IMG/VR virus record: IMGVR_UViG_3300012942_000110
Span: 1-28,399 of that record
Length of the DNA: 28,399 nucleotides
DNA from: a virus
Taxonomy: Duplodnaviria; Caudoviricetes
Reading direction: 5' to 3' (one strand)
Within the stretch, counting starts at the first letter, position 1, and the number at the start of each line of letters is the position of its first letter. The notes beneath the pieces were generated by a model. That model did no database searches. It was not told where the DNA came from and saw only the letters and a program-made list of their open reading frames with translations. The position numbers were made by a program, and so were the translations under genes. Shown here piece after piece: positions 24,739-28,399 of this stretch.

Positions 24739-26126
24739 GAGTCGTTCCCTCCATCCGGGGAGTTGTCGTCAGGCGGTGAGTCCTGTGTGGGATCGTCGGA
24801 GCCATCCGCGCCCGAGGCTGCTGCGGCTTGTTTCGCGAGGTCGTTCGCTTCGGTGCGTGCCGTGGACGGGTCCATCGGCGGCAGACCGTATGCGTTACGA
24901 ATCGACTCCTCGAGCGGGTCATCCATCGTGATGACACCACCCGTTTTGAGCTGGAACAGGTCTTGGGCCGTCGCGTTGTGCTTCGACCCGATCTCGTCGA
25001 ACGTCAGACGCGGGATTCCCGTACCGTCCGGATAGTTCAGCCGCACAATCTCAGCGATGACCTGATCCGTGAACGCGTCCGCCAACTCCTGCGCCACTGT
25101 CTGCAACGACATGGTGAAGAAGTTCTCGAACGTGTCACCCAGCGCATACGAACCCGTAGTTCCGTTGTTCCCGAGGTTCAGGAAGTGCGCAAGAACCGCA
25201 GCGGAAATCTGGTCGTCGTAATACTTGATCGGCACCGACGCGTCCGGCAGCTCACCCGTCACACCAACGAACTCGAAGCTCGCACCGTTCGGCAACGCAG
25301 CACCCGCATTGTCACCAGACCGGGCACTACGAGCCAACCGCTCCCCGGCCTCACGCTCAACCCGCTGACGCTCATCGGCCTCTTCACGAGCCAAACCCTC
25401 AGCGGGGGCAGCGTTCTTGTACACCGGGAAACCAAGCCCGTTACGGTCAACCGCCTGCGCCTGAACCCGCAGCATGCGGTCCTTCAGCAACCAGTACTTA
25501 TACGCCGGCCGCAACATGCTCTGACCGAGCCAGTTGCCGCCCTCACGGTCATTCACGTATGCGACGAGGCGTGACGCTTCCATCGCGACGGCTTCCTGAC
25601 CGAAAATGCCCCACTGGTGAACCATCTTCAGCGTGCCGTCCGAGTTCACATCAACCTCGGAAATCGTGCGCGGAGGACGCCACTGCAGATCAGCCAAATG
25701 CGCCACCAGCGCACCGTTCGGGCCGTCCGGACGCACATCGAAAACCTTCTCGAAGTACGAAAACCCGAACACCAGCTTGAGCAGCGCCAAACGCACGTGC
25801 TCGCCGAAGTTGAAGGGCGTGTCCTTCACCTTGCGGTTCGGCTTCCCAACAATCGGGAGTCCCAAGTCGTCGGCGACCTGATTCACGACACGAGCAGGAG
25901 CACCAGCAGGATCAATCCGGTACGTCACCCGACGAATCGGCAACGTCACAGCCCTCAAAACGGACGCAACCTGCGCATCCTGCCGCCGCATCCGGTCGTA
26001 AACCTCAATGTTCCGAGGCCACCGAAGCTCAGGCGACGGCTCGTGCTCGTCATACGCCCACCACCACGAAGCCGAATCGACCGTATAACCCTTGACTCCC
26101 GAGGGGACTGGCGTTTCAGACGCCAT
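24735..26126 (-). CDS. Portal protein (DUF935 / Mu gp29-like)
   Basis: YDRMRRQDAQVASVL, FGFSYFE, GQSMLRPAY, IKYYDDQISAAVLAHFL and GSYALG motifs. Confidence 0.9.
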   Translation of the reverse strand: MASETPVPSGVKGYTVDSASWWWAYDEHEPSPELRWPRNIEVYDRMRRQDAQVASVLRAVTLPIRRVTYRIDPAGAPARVVNQVADDLGLPIVGKPNRKVKDTPFNFGEHVRLALLKLVFGFSYFEKVFDVRPDGPNGALVAHLADLQWRPPRTISEVDVNSDGTLKMVHQWGIFGQEAVAMEASRLVAYVNDREGGNWLGQSMLRPAYKYWLLKDRMLRVQAQAVDRNGLGFPVYKNAAPAEGLAREEADERQRVEREAGERLARSARSGDNAGAALPNGASFEFVGVTGELPDASVPIKYYDDQISAAVLAHFLNLGNNGTTGSYALGDTFENFFTMSLQTVAQELADAFTDQVIAEIVRLNYPDGTGIPRLTFDEIGSKHNATAQDLFQLKTGGVITMDDPLEESIRNAYGLPPMDPSTARTEANDLAKQAAAASGADGSDDPTQDSPPDDNSPDGGNDS

Positions 26127-26135
26127 AGCGACCCC

Positions 26136-27932
26136 CTAGAAACTGATCGATTGCAGGTCGCCAGTCAGCGAACCCGTAGAACCACCCGAATCACTCGAGC
26201 GCACAACAGAAGGCGGCAACGGAGCCGGCCTCGCAGACGGCTTTCGACGACGGTGCAACCACAACGCACCCATAAACGCCATCAACGGCGCCACATCAGA
26301 AAACGAGTTCTTCCGATCAAGAACGAACCCATCACCCAACGTCTTCATCGAAGCCGTCGCCGCAGCCGCATCCAGAACCGGTTGCGGGTTATGCCGCACC
26401 GTCACATCACGAACCGCATCAAAACCGATCGCACACGCACCCATCAGATCCGCGCCCGACCACTCCACAACCGGAATCGTGAACTTGTCGCCCGGATCAG
26501 CGAACGCAGCCGCGAGCTCACGAATCAGCGGAGACACCGGGGCGCCATTCCACTGACCCGTCACTGACTTGATACGGCCTCGCAACGACGCATCCGACAT
26601 CAGATACGACTTCACCCAATCCGTCCCCGCACGATAAGCGACAACACCCGCCTGATCGATACCGTCACGACGCTTACCAGCAACCGCCACATACGTCATC
26701 GAACGGTCAGTAGACACATCGACGCACACCGCCAGGTCACCGACAATCCGGTCATCATCCGACGCGACAAACGAACCATCAGGTTGAGCAACCGGAGTGT
26801 TCGTGCCCTTCTCCCACGAACCCGCAGGAAACGGGCCATCAAGAATGCTGTCCACCCACTGACACAACACCTCAGTACGGAACACCCAATCCGGATCATC
26901 CAACTGCGACGCAATCGTGCCCATCCGCATACGATGACCAAGCGACGGATTCGCCTGAGCCCAACCGTTCCGATCCGTTTTCTCACACCCCGGAGCCGCC
27001 GACCACTCCGCAAGAAACAGAGTGTCCTCGTCGATCTCCATCTCGTCGAGGAAGAACTCCGCGTCCTCCGCATCCTCGGGATCAACGTCAGCAACAGTCG
27101 GAGCAGTCAACGCCGCATCACCCGCAGCCGACACAATGCCGTCCGGGTCACCGATCGCCGCATGAGCCTTCAACCGGAAATGGCGAAGGACCACGCTCGT
27201 CAAATCGCCGGCATTCGACATGCCCACGATGAGGCGGTTCTCCTGCGCGTTCGTCGTCTTCGTCACAGCAGCCCACGCCTGCCACGTCTGCTGCTCACGC
27301 AACTCGTCCAAAATGACCAAGTTGGCTGACATGCCACGACCAGCACGACGAGACGCCGCCTTCACCACATAACGCTCATGCGTTGCGAGGCGAAACTCTT
27401 TCTTGCCGTTGACGCGAATGACCTTCTCAACAAACGGCGCAAGATCCTCATCGTCCTGCAACGTCGCGAGCGTGGACTCCCACACCTCTTCGGCAGTGCC
27501 CAAATCCTGAGCCGTACCGAGCGTCAACGGCCAACCCTTCACCATCATGAACCACAGCGTCATGACGGAAACGAAGGTCGATTTTCCGTTTTGCCTGGCA
27601 ACGAGGATGATCGCCGTCGCGAACCGAAGCCGGCCATCCTCGCGCAGTTCGAGCATGTGAATCGCAAGCCAACGCTGCCACGGGTCCAGCACCACACCCA
27701 GCACGTCACGCGCGAAGTCGATCAGCTCGAAACCCCACGACGTTTCCGGCGTCAACTCGCGCAGAGGCGGCGTGAAGATGCGCGGCGTTGCCGAACCATA
27801 ACGACGACCAGGATTCAGCAGCTCCCAGCCCGCATGCACATACTCGTCATGGATCGAACCGTCACGAGGATCAACGAGAGACGGCCCGGAGCCTTGCGAC
27901 CTTGGCGAGCTTGTCTTCCTCGGGGACAACAT
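26136..27932 (-). CDS. terL: Terminase large subunit
   Basis: Walker A VARQNGKS, Walker B VILDELRE, SNAG coupling motif, QANPSLG, nuclease DVS and DVAPL; start uncertain (27974, 27932 or later). Confidence 0.95.
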   Translation of the reverse strand: MLSPRKTSSPRSQGSGPSLVDPRDGSIHDEYVHAGWELLNPGRRYGSATPRIFTPPLRELTPETSWGFELIDFARDVLGVVLDPWQRWLAIHMLELREDGRLRFATAIILVARQNGKSTFVSVMTLWFMMVKGWPLTLGTAQDLGTAEEVWESTLATLQDDEDLAPFVEKVIRVNGKKEFRLATHERYVVKAASRRAGRGMSANLVILDELREQQTWQAWAAVTKTTNAQENRLIVGMSNAGDLTSVVLRHFRLKAHAAIGDPDGIVSAAGDAALTAPTVADVDPEDAEDAEFFLDEMEIDEDTLFLAEWSAAPGCEKTDRNGWAQANPSLGHRMRMGTIASQLDDPDWVFRTEVLCQWVDSILDGPFPAGSWEKGTNTPVAQPDGSFVASDDDRIVGDLAVCVDVSTDRSMTYVAVAGKRRDGIDQAGVVAYRAGTDWVKSYLMSDASLRGRIKSVTGQWNGAPVSPLIRELAAAFADPGDKFTIPVVEWSGADLMGACAIGFDAVRDVTVRHNPQPVLDAAAATASMKTLGDGFVLDRKNSFSDVAPLMAFMGALWLHRRRKPSARPAPLPPSVVRSSDSGGSTGSLTGDLQSISF

Positions 27933-28260
27933 CAGCCCCCTTCTGCGCGGGCTTCGCCTTGTCCAACGCCGCACGACCGCTCGGAGTCAAACCAAGCTGC
28001 TCCATGCCCTTCAAATACGCGCTGATCGACACGTTGTCATTCGCAGGCACAAGAGGACGGCCACCAGAATCAGCCGCATCCTCATTCGCCCACACAACGA
28101 TCACATTCCAAGCGTCGATCTTCGCCGCGAGCATCAACAGTGCCTTCATCGCACCCGCATGCTCGCCAGTCAGATGCTCAGCAGCCGCGAAAGACGCCTC
28201 AGTAGCAGCAACCAGTGACACCGGTCGTTTCTCGGCGGGTTTTCGCGGCGAAACAGGCAC
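27871..28260 (-). CDS. terS: Terminase small subunit
   Basis: LAAKID...DNVSISAYLKGMEQLGLTP motif; AGGAGG RBS; directly upstream of terL. Confidence 0.88.
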   Translation of the reverse strand: MPVSPRKPAEKRPVSLVAATEASFAAAEHLTGEHAGAMKALLMLAAKIDAWNVIVVWANEDAADSGGRPLVPANDNVSISAYLKGMEQLGLTPSGRAALDKAKPAQKGADVVPEEDKLAKVARLRAVSR

Positions 28261-28354
28261 TTTTCACGCCTCCTGAGCCGAAAAACAAGGAAAATCGCGG
28301 CTTTCTGGAACCGACCAAATAGCCCTAGATTGATCAGCGCGAGCCGGATGATCG

Positions 28355-28399
28355 CCCTCGCGCAACCCCCTCCCGTGGTGCGCGGGGGGGGATGCCAGA
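28355..28399. other. Possible cos / packaging region near the genome end
   Basis: Non-coding C- and G-tracts (8 G) and a short inverted repeat about 100-140 nt upstream of terS; positional inference only. Confidence 0.3.

Larger units (their letters stand above)
1..28399 (-). mobile_element. Temperate siphovirus genome segment (actinobacteriophage-like), non-integrated configuration
   Basis: Complete terminase-portal-protease-capsid-neck-tail-lysis gene order on the minus strand; integrase and immunity region; attP flanked by phage genes on both sides; no host genes seen. Confidence 0.95.

Noticed and set aside
27000-27160. Intein or intron in terL (acidic stretch)
   Set aside because: Short, lacks intein termini, and the reading frame is uninterrupted; probably a flexible loop

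Overview
The window is about 28.4 kb of a high-GC temperate siphovirus, most likely of an actinobacterial host without mycolic acids (Microbacteriaceae/Micrococcales-like; inferred from gene content). It is shown in reverse orientation. From right to left on the minus strand run the late genes: terS, terL, DUF935-type portal, ClpP-type protease with nested scaffold, decoration protein, major capsid and head-tail genes. These are followed by an unusual two-gene spike/esterase insert, major tail, frameshifted tail chaperones, tape measure with a lytic transglycosylase domain, Dit, an SGNH-esterase/hub fusion, a minor tail protein, and a GH25 endolysin with three membrane proteins. The plus-strand block holds a repressor, a second XRE gene, an intact attP (tRNA 3' end plus arm repeats), a tyrosine integrase, a zinc-ribbon microprotein and a lipoprotein. 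The intact attP indicates the non-integrated form. The early operon (cro-like, xis-like, octapeptide-repeat gene) starts at the left. The most unusual element is 279-631 on the minus strand, an apparently non-coding cassette. It has three tandem two-hairpin units with covarying stems and conserved GAGG/GCAAC/GACG/CGGCA motifs, bracketed by two 41-nt tRNA-like T-loop minihelices. The downstream minihelix ends one base before the AUG of the next gene. All calls come from reading the sequence by eye; no database search or folding program was run.
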